A DNA stretch of 42,204 bases from Thermoleophilaceae bacterium (GTDB lineage Bacteria; Actinomycetota; Thermoleophilia; Solirubrobacterales; Thermoleophilaceae). Under the pieces are notes generated by a model, which saw nothing but the letters and a program-made list of their open reading frames with translations, made no database searches and had not been told where the DNA came from. A program made the translations under genes and the position numbers. The stretch spans positions 1 to 42,204 of the forward strand of contig DASVXS010000151.1 in the NCBI GenBank assembly GCA_036392575.1, written 5' to 3'. Shown piece after piece: positions 1-7,374 of this stretch; the stretch's first letter is position 1; each line of letters starts with the position of its first letter.

Positions 1-1111
1 TCCCCTTGCGCTGGCCCACGGTGAAGCCCTCCTGCCCGGAATGCGTGCCGATCACGCCTCCGTCGGTGCTCACGAGCTCGCCCTCGCCTGCCGGCGGGCC
101 GCCGTGTCGTGCGAGGAAGTCCTCGCGACGCGTGCCCGCAAGGAAGCACAGGTCCTGGCTCTCCGGCTTGCGCGCCACCGGCAGGCTCGCGGTCGCGGCG
201 AGCTCGCGCACGCGCGGCTTCTCGAGCTCGGCCAGCGGGAACCAAAGCCGTTCGAGCTCGTCGGGCCTCACGCGCGCGAGCATGTACGACTGGTCCTTGT
301 TGGCGTCCGCCGCCGCCTTGAGCAGCGGTCCCTCCGGCGTCCGCGCGATGCGCGCGTAGTGGCCGGTGGCGAGCCGCGCGGCGCCCAATTTCTCGGCCAG
401 CACCAGCATCGCGTCGAAGCGCACCAGGCCGTTGCAGCGCACGCACGGGTTCGGCGTGCCGCCATTCGCGTAGGCGTTCAGGAAGTCGTCGACCACCTCG
501 CGCCGGAACTCGTCGCGCAGGTCGAGCGTGATGTGCGGGATGCCCATGCGGTGCGCGAGCGCGCGCGCCCCGGTGACGGCGTACGGAGAGCAGCAGCTCT
601 TCGTGCCGTCGGTTCCCGGATCCGCCCACAGCTCGAGCGTTACCCCGATCGTCTCGTCGCCGCGGTCGAGCGCGAGCTGCGCCGCCACGGCGCTGTCCAC
701 GCCTCCGCTCATCGCGACCAGGGTGCGGCGCTCGCTGCGCGTCGCTGTCGCGGCACCATCCTTGGCGGCTGCGCCGAGTGCGCGGTGGAGCGCGTCGGCG
801 GCGAGCTCTGCGGCGTGCCTGCGCTCGTTCGACAGCTCGCCGAGCGCGTCCGAGATGTCGGCGGCCGACACGCGTGCTGCGCTCAGGAAGGGCTCGCCTT
901 CGATCAGCTCGACCGCAGCGCTTCCCGCCGCGGTCGCGGCAGCGCAGCCGCTTGCGTCGAAGCCTGCCTCGGCCACTCGACCGTCCTCCACGCGCACCGC
1001 GATGCGCACGAGGTCGCCGCAGGCGGCTCCGCCGGCGGCGCCGGCGTGCGGTGCGTCCGCCAGCACGCCTTTGCCGCGCGGGAACGCCACATGGTCAGCG
1101 AACTCGCTCAC
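1..1111 (-). CDS. mnmA: tRNA 2-thiouridine(34) synthase MnmA with an in-frame N-terminal IscU/NifU-like domain. The 3' end lies beyond the left window edge, so it has no stop in the window and is missing from the ORF track.
   Basis: Manual translation of the minus-strand frame 1111->2 shows no stop. N-terminal part: VSEFADHVAFPRGKGVLADAPHAGAAGGAACGDLVRIAV...FDASGCAAATAAGSAAVELIEGEPFLSAARV...RRHAAELAADALHRAL (IscU-type CGD and GC motifs). It continues into RRTLVAMSGGVDSAVAA (PP-loop), SCCSPY, GGTPNPCVRCNGLVRFD, ATGHYARI, DANKDQSYML, ESQDLCFL and GTHSGQEGFTVGQRKG (MnmA). GTG 1111 was chosen because VSEFADH aligns with IscU N-termini; an in-frame ATG at 1246 is an alternative. Confidence 0.8.
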   Translation of the reverse strand, partial: MSEFADHVAFPRGKGVLADAPHAGAAGGAACGDLVRIAVRVEDGRVAEAGFDASGCAAATAAGSAAVELIEGEPFLSAARVSAADISDALGELSNERRHAAELAADALHRALGAAAKDGAATATRSERRTLVAMSGGVDSAVAAQLALDRGDETIGVTLELWADPGTDGTKSCCSPYAVTGARALAHRMGIPHITLDLRDEFRREVVDDFLNAYANGGTPNPCVRCNGLVRFDAMLVLAEKLGAARLATGHYARIARTPEGPLLKAAADANKDQSYMLARVRPDELERLWFPLAELEKPRVRELAATASLPVARKPESQDLCFLAGTRREDFLARHGGPPAGEGELVSTDGGVIGTHSGQEGFTVGQRKG

Positions 1112-1319
1112 GTGCTCAAGGGTCGCAGAAGAAGGTTGGCCCCAGCCTGCCGATGCCGCCTCGGGAGTTGAACCTTGCTTCAGCAAGATTGGGCGCCCGC
1201 CAGAGAGGACCACGGCCCTCTCCCGAGTCGGGCACCCGACTCCCATGGTGTTGGTTCAAGTAACGAGACGGCTGTCGTACAGGCTCGAGCCGGATTCGAG
1301 CGTAGCAATGATGCACGCG

Positions 1320-3125
1320 TCAGTTGTGGTCCGCCGAGCCTGGTTCGTCGGGGTTGATCGGCGGCGGTCCGCCCGGCGCCGGTGGCGCGATCAGCTTCAG
1401 GCCGAGCTCCCGCAGCTGCGGCTCGTCCACCGGCGCGGGCGCACCCGTCAGCGGGTCGAAGCCGCTCGCCATCTTGGGGAACGCGATCACCTCGCGGATC
1501 GACTCCTGTTGCGCGCACAGCGCGACGATCCGGTCGATGCCGAACGCGATCCCACCGTGCGGCGGGGCGCCGTACTTCAGCGCGTCGAGCAGGAAGCCGA
1601 AGCGCTCGCGCGCCTCCTCGGGTGAGATCCCGAGCGCGGCGAACACCTTCTGCTGCACGTCCTGGCGGTTGATACGGATCGAGCCGCCGCCGATCTCGTT
1701 GCCGTCGAGCACGATGTCGTAGGCGCGGCTGCGCCAGGTCGCCGGATCGCCGTCGAGATCGCCCGTGGGCCCGGTGAACGGATGATGCAGCGCGTCGAAG
1801 CGCTGCTCGTCCTCGTTCCACTCGAACATCGGGAAGTCGACGACCCAGAAGATGTCGTGCCCTTCGACCGGCGGCGCGACCTCGAGCCGCAGCGTGCCGA
1901 GCACGCGGGACGCGACCTCGGCCGTGTCGGCGACGATGAAGATGGCGTCGCCCTCTTCGGCGCCGAGCTCGCGCGCGGCCTTGTCCATCTCCTCGCGCTT
2001 CAGGAACTTCGCGATAGGCGAGCGCCAGCCGTCGGGCTCGACCACGGCCCACACGAGGCCGCCCGCGCCGAGTCGCTTCGCCTGCTCGGTCAGCTCGTCG
2101 AAGCGCCTGCGCGTGAACTCGCCCTCGGCGGCGAATCCGCGCACCACGCCGCCCTTCTCGAGCGTGCCGCTGAAGACGTTGAAGTCCGACTCGCGGAAGG
2201 CATCGGCCAGGTCGTGAATCTCCATGCCGGGCCGGCGATCGGGGCGGTCGTTGCCGTAGCGGAGCATCACGTCGTCGTAGCTCAGGCGCTCGAGCGGCAG
2301 CTCGATCTCGATTCCGCCGGCGGCGAGCATCGCCTGAGTCACGCCCTCCATCGCCGTGATCACGTCGTCCTCCTCGACGAACGACATCTCCACATCGAGC
2401 TGCGTGAACTCGGGCAGGCGGTCGGCGCGAGCGTCCTCGTCGCGGAAACAGCGGACGATCTGGTAGTAGCGCTCCATGCCGCCCACCATCAGCAGCTGCT
2501 TGAACAGCTGGGGCGACTGCGGCAGCGCGAAGAAGTTGCCTGGCGAGAGCCTGAACGGGACAAGGAAGTCGCGGGCGCCCTCGGGCGTCGAGCGCGTGAG
2601 AAACGGCGTCTCGATCTCGAGGAAGCCGAGCGGGTTGAAGTAGTCGCGGATGGCGGCCACGATGTCGTGGCGCAGCTCGATGTTGCGGCGCATGCGCTCG
2701 CGCCGAAGGTCGAGGTAGCGGTACTTCAGACGAAGCGTCTCGTCGACCTCGCGCTCCTCGTCGATCTGGAACGGCGGCGTCTCCGCGTCGGCCAGCTTCT
2801 CGACGGCGGCGACGTTGACCTCCACCTCACCGGTCGGCAGGTTGGGGTTGACCGTCCCTTCCTCGCGGTTCACGAGCTGGCCGCTTGCGGTGATCACGTC
2901 TTCAGGGCGCAACGTGTGCGCGACCTCGTGGGCGTCGGGCGCCTCCTCTGGTCGGAAGACGAGCTGGAGCAGCCCGGTGCGATCGCGCAGGTCGATGAAG
3001 ATGAGGCCGCCGTGGTCGCGCCGGCGGTGTACCCAACCGGCCACGCGAATGTCGCTGCCCACGTTGCCGGCGCGTTGGTCGCCGGCCCAGGCGGTGCGGT
3101 ACCGGTTCGGTGGCGGCGGCTTCAC
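1320..3125 (-). CDS. aspS: aspartate--tRNA ligase (class II)
   Basis: 601-aa ORF with FIDLRDRTG (OB-fold region), QSPQLFKQLLMVGGMERYYQIVRCFRDEDARADR (motif 2), GGGSIRI and PPHGGIAFGIDR (motif 3). The GTG start overlaps the hisS stop (GTGA at 3122-3125). Confidence 0.97.
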   Translation of the reverse strand: MKPPPPNRYRTAWAGDQRAGNVGSDIRVAGWVHRRRDHGGLIFIDLRDRTGLLQLVFRPEEAPDAHEVAHTLRPEDVITASGQLVNREEGTVNPNLPTGEVEVNVAAVEKLADAETPPFQIDEEREVDETLRLKYRYLDLRRERMRRNIELRHDIVAAIRDYFNPLGFLEIETPFLTRSTPEGARDFLVPFRLSPGNFFALPQSPQLFKQLLMVGGMERYYQIVRCFRDEDARADRLPEFTQLDVEMSFVEEDDVITAMEGVTQAMLAAGGIEIELPLERLSYDDVMLRYGNDRPDRRPGMEIHDLADAFRESDFNVFSGTLEKGGVVRGFAAEGEFTRRRFDELTEQAKRLGAGGLVWAVVEPDGWRSPIAKFLKREEMDKAARELGAEEGDAIFIVADTAEVASRVLGTLRLEVAPPVEGHDIFWVVDFPMFEWNEDEQRFDALHHPFTGPTGDLDGDPATWRSRAYDIVLDGNEIGGGSIRINRQDVQQKVFAALGISPEEARERFGFLLDALKYGAPPHGGIAFGIDRIVALCAQQESIREVIAFPKMASGFDPLTGAPAPVDEPQLRELGLKLIAPPAPGGPPPINPDEPGSADHN

Positions 3126-4369
3126 CGCGACTCCTTCACGAGCCGCACGGCATCCGCCACGTCACCCGCCGCGCGCTGCTCGCCGCTCTTCATGTCGCGC
3201 ACGCGCAGCTCGTCGCCCGCCACGATCACGACGGAGCGGGCGCCGATCCGGTCGGCGTGCTTGAGCTGACCCTTGATCGATCTGCCCGCCTGCTCCGCCT
3301 GAGCGCGAAGTCCCTCGGAGCGGAGCTCCCGGAGCACGCGGAAGACCGCGGTGGAATCCGCACCGTCCTCGCGCGCGACGTAGACGTCGGTCTCCTCCTC
3401 CACCGCGACGTGCTCGCCGGCCGCCAGCAGAATGCGCTCGATCCCGGCCGCCCAGCCGACCCCGGGCGTGTCCGGCCCGCCGAGCAGCTGCACGAGGCCG
3501 TTGTAGCGGCCGCCCCCGCCCACGCCGCTCTGCGCTCCGAGCTCGTCGCTCGTGAACTCGAACACCGTGCGCGTGTAGTAGTCGAGCCCGCGCACGAGCG
3601 TGCCGTCGAGCTCGTACGCCACGCCGGCGTCATCGAGCAGCGCACGCACCTCGGCGAAGTGTTGCGCGTCCTCGTCGGAGAGCCTGTCGAGCAGAGTCGG
3701 CGCCTCGGCCATGACTGCCCTCGTGCCCCGATCGTCGGAATCGAAAGCCCGCAACGGATTCGCGTCGATTCGAGCACGCACCTCCTCGGAGAGCTCGGAC
3801 TCGTGCGCGCGTAGATACGCGCGCAGCTCCTCGCCGTACTCGCGCCGCGTCTCAGCGGTGCCGAGGCTGGAGAGGCGCAGCCGGACGCCGGCCGCGCCTG
3901 CCGCGCGCAGCAGCTCTTCGAGCAGCAGGACCGCCTCGGCGTCGAGGGAGGCGTCGTCGGAGCCGAGCGCCTCGATCCCGACCTGGTTGAACTGGCGGTA
4001 GCGGCCGGCCTGCGGCGCCTCGTGGCGAAAGAAAGGCCCCCAGTAGCGGAGCTTCACGGGCTGCGGCAGCTTGTGCATGCCGTGCTCCACGTAGGCGCGC
4101 GCGATCGGCGCGGTCCCCTCGGGCCGGAGCGTCAGCGAGCGCCCGCCCTGGTCCTCGAAGGTGAACATCTCCTTCTGGACGATGTCGGTGCTCTCACCTA
4201 CCCCGCGCGCGAACACCTCGGTCGCCTCGAAGATCGGCGTCTCGAACGGCTCGTAGCCCGCGGCGCCGAGCAGGTTCTCCGAGAGGATGCGCAGCCGCTC
4301 GCGGCGGAGTCCGTCCGCGGGCAGCACGTCGAAGGTGCCCCGGGGGGCCTGGATCTTCGGGCCGGCCAC
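3122..4369 (-). CDS. hisS: histidine--tRNA ligase
   Basis: 415-aa ORF with PRGTFDVLP, RYWGPFFRHEAPQAGRYRQFNQVGIEALG and GGGRYNGL, plus a C-terminal anticodon-binding-type domain. Confidence 0.96.
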   Translation of the reverse strand: MAGPKIQAPRGTFDVLPADGLRRERLRILSENLLGAAGYEPFETPIFEATEVFARGVGESTDIVQKEMFTFEDQGGRSLTLRPEGTAPIARAYVEHGMHKLPQPVKLRYWGPFFRHEAPQAGRYRQFNQVGIEALGSDDASLDAEAVLLLEELLRAAGAAGVRLRLSSLGTAETRREYGEELRAYLRAHESELSEEVRARIDANPLRAFDSDDRGTRAVMAEAPTLLDRLSDEDAQHFAEVRALLDDAGVAYELDGTLVRGLDYYTRTVFEFTSDELGAQSGVGGGGRYNGLVQLLGGPDTPGVGWAAGIERILLAAGEHVAVEEETDVYVAREDGADSTAVFRVLRELRSEGLRAQAEQAGRSIKGQLKHADRIGARSVVIVAGDELRVRDMKSGEQRAAGDVADAVRLVKESR

Positions 4370-4371
4370 GA

Positions 4372-5010
4372 CTACCGGGCCAGCTCGCCAAGGAACGGAT
4401 TGCTGGCCCGCTCCGCGCCCAGGCTCGTGATGCCCATGTGGCCCGGGTAGACGGTCGTGTCCTCCGGCAGTGTGTCCATCAGGTTGCGGATCGACTCGAA
4501 CAGCGTGTTCCAGTCGCCCCCCGGCAGGTCGGTGCGGCCGACAGAGCCCTGGAACAGCACATCGCCCGAGAGGATCGTTTTCTCGTCGGGGATCGAGAAC
4601 GTGACGTGACCTGGGCTGTGCCCCGGGGTGAAGATCACGTGGATCTCGAAGTCGGCCATCTCGAGCTTCTCCCCGCCTTTGAGCGTGTGCTCGGCGTCGT
4701 AGCTCTCGAAGGGCCCAAATCCCGGCCAGGGCACGTAGCTCATGATGTCGGCGAGCACGCCCTTCTCGATCTCGGGAACCCAGACCTCCGCGCCGGTGGC
4801 CTTCGCGACCGGCGCGACCGCGCCGACGTGGTCGAAGTGCGTGTGAGTGAGCAGGATGCCGTCGAGCGTCACCCCCAGCGAGTCGATCGCCGCGAGCAGC
4901 TTCGGCGCCTCCTCGCCTGGATCGATGATCACCGCGCGATCGGAGCCCTCGCGGCGGACCAGATAGGTGTTCTCCTGCACCGGCCCGACCGTGAACATGC
5001 GCACGTCCAC
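4372..5010 (-). CDS. MBL-fold metallo-hydrolase (glyoxalase II / YcbL-like)
   Basis: 212 aa with the HxHxDH motif THTHFDHVGA, a later TPGHSPGH and a GD..F...GR motif. It sits 2 nt upstream of hisS. Confidence 0.85.
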   Translation of the reverse strand: MDVRMFTVGPVQENTYLVRREGSDRAVIIDPGEEAPKLLAAIDSLGVTLDGILLTHTHFDHVGAVAPVAKATGAEVWVPEIEKGVLADIMSYVPWPGFGPFESYDAEHTLKGGEKLEMADFEIHVIFTPGHSPGHVTFSIPDEKTILSGDVLFQGSVGRTDLPGGDWNTLFESIRNLMDTLPEDTTVYPGHMGITSLGAERASNPFLGELAR

Positions 5011-5011
5011 G

Positions 5012-5404
5012 TCAGGCCTCTTTCCCCCGGCGCGTCTCGTCCGGACGGCCGAGCTTCTGCATGCGGCGACGGTAGAGGAAGAGATCCATGTAGTAACCCG
5101 CGGGCACGTAGAAGATGAGCATGAAGGCGCCGAGCGCGAGCGCCGCGCTCACGGCCTGTCCGAAGATCAGGACGACGAGCACTATGAACAGCAACGCCGC
5201 GATGCCCGCGCGCTGAAACGCGCCGGTCCAGGTGGGCGGCTTGTTCATCCGCTCGAGGCGGCGGTCGCGGGCGCTCGTCTTGCTTCCGCTCGAAGAGCCG
5301 CTCGAGGTGCCACCGCGAGCCTTGCTCGTGCGGCCATGCCGCTCGATCGTGCCGGCCGGCGTGCCGCGGTGCTTGCTGCGTCGCTTCTTACGTGTCTGAG
5401 CCAC
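5012..5404 (-). CDS. hypothetical membrane protein with a strongly basic N-terminus and two predicted TM helices
   Basis: 130-aa ORF. The N-terminus is MAQTRKKRRSKHRGTPAG followed by a Ser/Gly-rich stretch. The hydrophobic segments are IAALLFIVLVVLIF and AALALGAFMLIFYV. I recognise no family. The GTG start overlaps the upstream gene by 17 nt. Confidence 0.5.
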   Translation of the reverse strand: MAQTRKKRRSKHRGTPAGTIERHGRTSKARGGTSSGSSSGSKTSARDRRLERMNKPPTWTGAFQRAGIAALLFIVLVVLIFGQAVSAALALGAFMLIFYVPAGYYMDLFLYRRRMQKLGRPDETRRGKEA

Positions 5405-6272
5405 TGCTAATGGAGCGTAACGCCTCCTCCAGGAGATGCCGCTCGGGATCGAAGCCGCGGAGCGGCACGCCGTCCGGGAAGCCGTCGAACGCGGCGCGAG
5501 GTGCGAGCCCGACGAGCTCGGCCTCGGCGATCCGCGCCTCGCGCGCCACCTCCTCGACTAGCACCCGGAGCGGGACCGCGCGATGGTCGTGGACGTTGAA
5601 CGAGACCTGCACGCGACCGCGCTCGGCGAGCGGCAACCCTATGGCCCGCACGCCCGGCAGGCCTCCGCCCGACTCGCGCATCCTCGCCGCGATGCGCTTT
5701 GCGAGTTCGAGGTCGTCTGTCGCGAGGTCCAAGTTGAAGGCGATGAGCGGAGGGCGGGCCGTGACGAGCACTGCGCCCGCCGTCGGGTGAGCGTGCGAGG
5801 GGCCGTAGTCGGGCCGCAGGTCGCCCGCCTCGATGCGCCGGGCGAGCTCGGCCGGTCCGCCGCGGCGAATGTCCGCTCGCTCCCGCGTGCCCGCGCTCGT
5901 CGCGAGCTGCCCGTATAGGACGACAGGGATCCGGAGCTCGTCGCCGATGAGGGCACCCGCGGTGAGCGCCTCCGCGCACGCGGCGCCCCGCTCTGCATCG
6001 TCGAGATAGACGACGGGCGCCACGTCGAGCGCGCCCACGTGAGGGTGCAGCCCGTCGTGCGAGCTCAAGTCGATGCGGGCAGCAGCGGCGCGTGCGCCGT
6101 TTACGAGCGCGGCGGCGATCTCTCCGTGCCGGCCCGCGAGCGTGAAGACGCTGCGCCCGTGATCAGGGTCGGTGTGTACGTCGAGCAGGCGCGCCGGGGT
6201 GAACGACTGGGCCAGCGCCTCGATCGCCTCCAGGTCGCGCCCCTCGCTGATGTTCGGCACCGTAAGCAGCAT
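5388..6272 (-). CDS. glutamate formimidoyltransferase (FtcD N-terminal domain type, stand-alone)
   Basis: 294 aa. The N-terminal LLTVPNISEGRD matches the formiminotransferase hallmark (C)VPN(F/I)SEGR, and the length fits the two-subdomain FT fold. Confidence 0.78.
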   Translation of the reverse strand: MLLTVPNISEGRDLEAIEALAQSFTPARLLDVHTDPDHGRSVFTLAGRHGEIAAALVNGARAAAARIDLSSHDGLHPHVGALDVAPVVYLDDAERGAACAEALTAGALIGDELRIPVVLYGQLATSAGTRERADIRRGGPAELARRIEAGDLRPDYGPSHAHPTAGAVLVTARPPLIAFNLDLATDDLELAKRIAARMRESGGGLPGVRAIGLPLAERGRVQVSFNVHDHRAVPLRVLVEEVAREARIAEAELVGLAPRAAFDGFPDGVPLRGFDPERHLLEEALRSISSGSDT

Positions 6273-6302
6273 CGCTTGGCTCTAGACTGCTTGGTTCGGC
6301 AG

Positions 6303-6375
6303 GGCTCCGTAGCTCAGCGGTTAGAGCGCACCACTCATAATGGTGAGGTCGGTGGTTCGAATCCACCCGGAGCTA
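6303..6375 (+). tRNA. tRNA-Met (anticodon CAT), elongator type; a lysidine-modified tRNA-Ile2 cannot be excluded
   Basis: Cloverleaf read by eye: acceptor GGCTCCG/CGGAGCT (G1:U72 wobble), D arm GCTC-AGCGGTTA-GAGC, anticodon arm CACCA-CTCATAA-TGGTG, T arm GGTGG-TTCGAAT-CCACC, discriminator A. No encoded CCA. It lacks the initiator features (C1xA72 mismatch, three G-C pairs in the anticodon stem). Confidence 0.88.
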
Positions 6376-6381
6376 TCTCCA

Positions 6382-6414
6382 GGATCCCGCTCTGCAGCGG
6401 GATTCTGTCGTTTT
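6382..6414 (+). terminator. rho-independent terminator after tRNA-Met
   Basis: Stem GGATCCCGC (6382-6390) pairs with GCGGGATTC (6397-6405), with one G:U pair and a 6-nt loop. It is followed by TGTCGTTTT. Confidence 0.65.
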
Positions 6415-6502
6415 GGGGGAGCGGCCGCACGAGCTCGCGCGTGCCCGATGGGCAGGATTCAGGGGTCGGTTGCGTCTAACTGATCGGGAGGTGTGAACAT
6501 CG

Positions 6503-6625
6503 ATGAATAATCTCGCTCAGCATCGGCGGCTCCTGATCACGCTTGCTGTATTGATCGTGATCGCGCTCGCCATCACGCTGATCGCCGTCTATTCCGGCGG
6601 TGGTGGCGGCGGCGGCGGCTACTAG
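6503..6625 (+). CDS. candidate 40-aa single-pass membrane peptide with a poly-Gly tail
   Basis: Below the ORF-track cutoff. The ATG is preceded by GGGAGG (6486-6491). Translation: MNNLAQHRRLLITLAVLIVIALAITLIAVYSGGGGGGGGY*. The 5' part has locally lower GC than the surroundings. Confidence 0.4.
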   Translation: MNNLAQHRRLLITLAVLIVIALAITLIAVYSGGGGGGGGY

Positions 6626-6785
6626 CCGGGATTGCGGCTTCGCCGCCTCGGCGCGGCCGTTCGATCACGCCGATCGGAAGACCAGCAAGAGAGGGGTGGC
6701 GCCCCGTCGGCCGTCGCCCCTCACCTTGTGGAAGCGGGTGGCAGGGTTGTGCCCCACATGGCGGCCACCCGATACTGGACCGGCT

Positions 6786-7349
6786 ATGCGGCGCCAGAAC
6801 GTGGAGCCGGTGCGAAGGCCGCTGTCGCTCCGAGAGCGCCCGAGTCGGACGGTGGAGGAGCGGCTGGCACTTCGATTTCCGTGGTTCGTGGGACTGTGGA
6901 CTCGCGCGATCGCAAGACTGTCGCCGAGGTCCCGTCTGCGGCAGGCACTTCTGCTCCGAGCGATGCAGGTCGGCCTCCAGGCCTACAACCGTGGCGACCT
7001 AGAGGTCGTGGAGCTCGCCTTTCACGAGCGCGTGGAGTTCGAGTCACCCGGAGGAGTCGGGAGGCTCGGCTTTGAGGCGAGCTACCGCGGTCGCGAGGGG
7101 CACCGTGCGTTCGAAGCCGAATGGCGCAGCGGCTGGGCTGCGCTTCGGATTGAGCCCCGCGAGTTCATCGATCTCGGCGAGCAGGTGCTCTTGCTCGCGG
7201 AGATCGTTGGACGCGGCAAGGGGAGCGGCATCTCGGTCAGCCAGAACATCGCCACGTTGGAAACGCTTGGCGAGGACGGGAAGATCGTTCGAGAGCAGCG
7301 GTACTTCGACCATTCCGAGGCCCTCGAGGCCGTGGGGCTGCTGGAGTAG
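6786..7349 (+). CDS. SnoaL-like / NTF2-fold family protein
   Basis: This is the C-terminal 187 codons of ORF 6600..7349. It contains TVEERLALRFPW...AYNRGDLEVVELAFHERVEF...GREGHRAFEAEW...REQRYFDHSEALEAVGL, typical of the NTF2/SnoaL-like fold. The Ala/Arg-rich region upstream of ATG 6786 looks non-coding. The start is uncertain. Confidence 0.6.
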   Translation: MRRQNVEPVRRPLSLRERPSRTVEERLALRFPWFVGLWTRAIARLSPRSRLRQALLLRAMQVGLQAYNRGDLEVVELAFHERVEFESPGGVGRLGFEASYRGREGHRAFEAEWRSGWAALRIEPREFIDLGEQVLLLAEIVGRGKGSGISVSQNIATLETLGEDGKIVREQRYFDHSEALEAVGLLE

Positions 7350-7374
7350 GTGTCCTGCCACTCCCGCCGGGCGC

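Noticed and set aside
1112-1246. In-frame ATG at 1246 as the start of the IscU-MnmA fusion
   Set aside because: GC3 of the extra 45 codons is much lower than in flanking genes, the region is full of hairpins, and there is no SD. It is kept only as an alternative.
41-3269. Plus-strand ORFs 41..1171, 528..1625, 778..1263 and 1782..3269
   Set aside because: All three forward frames are open opposite mnmA and aspS. The products are low-complexity Arg/Ala strings, while the minus strand gives textbook MnmA and AspRS motifs.
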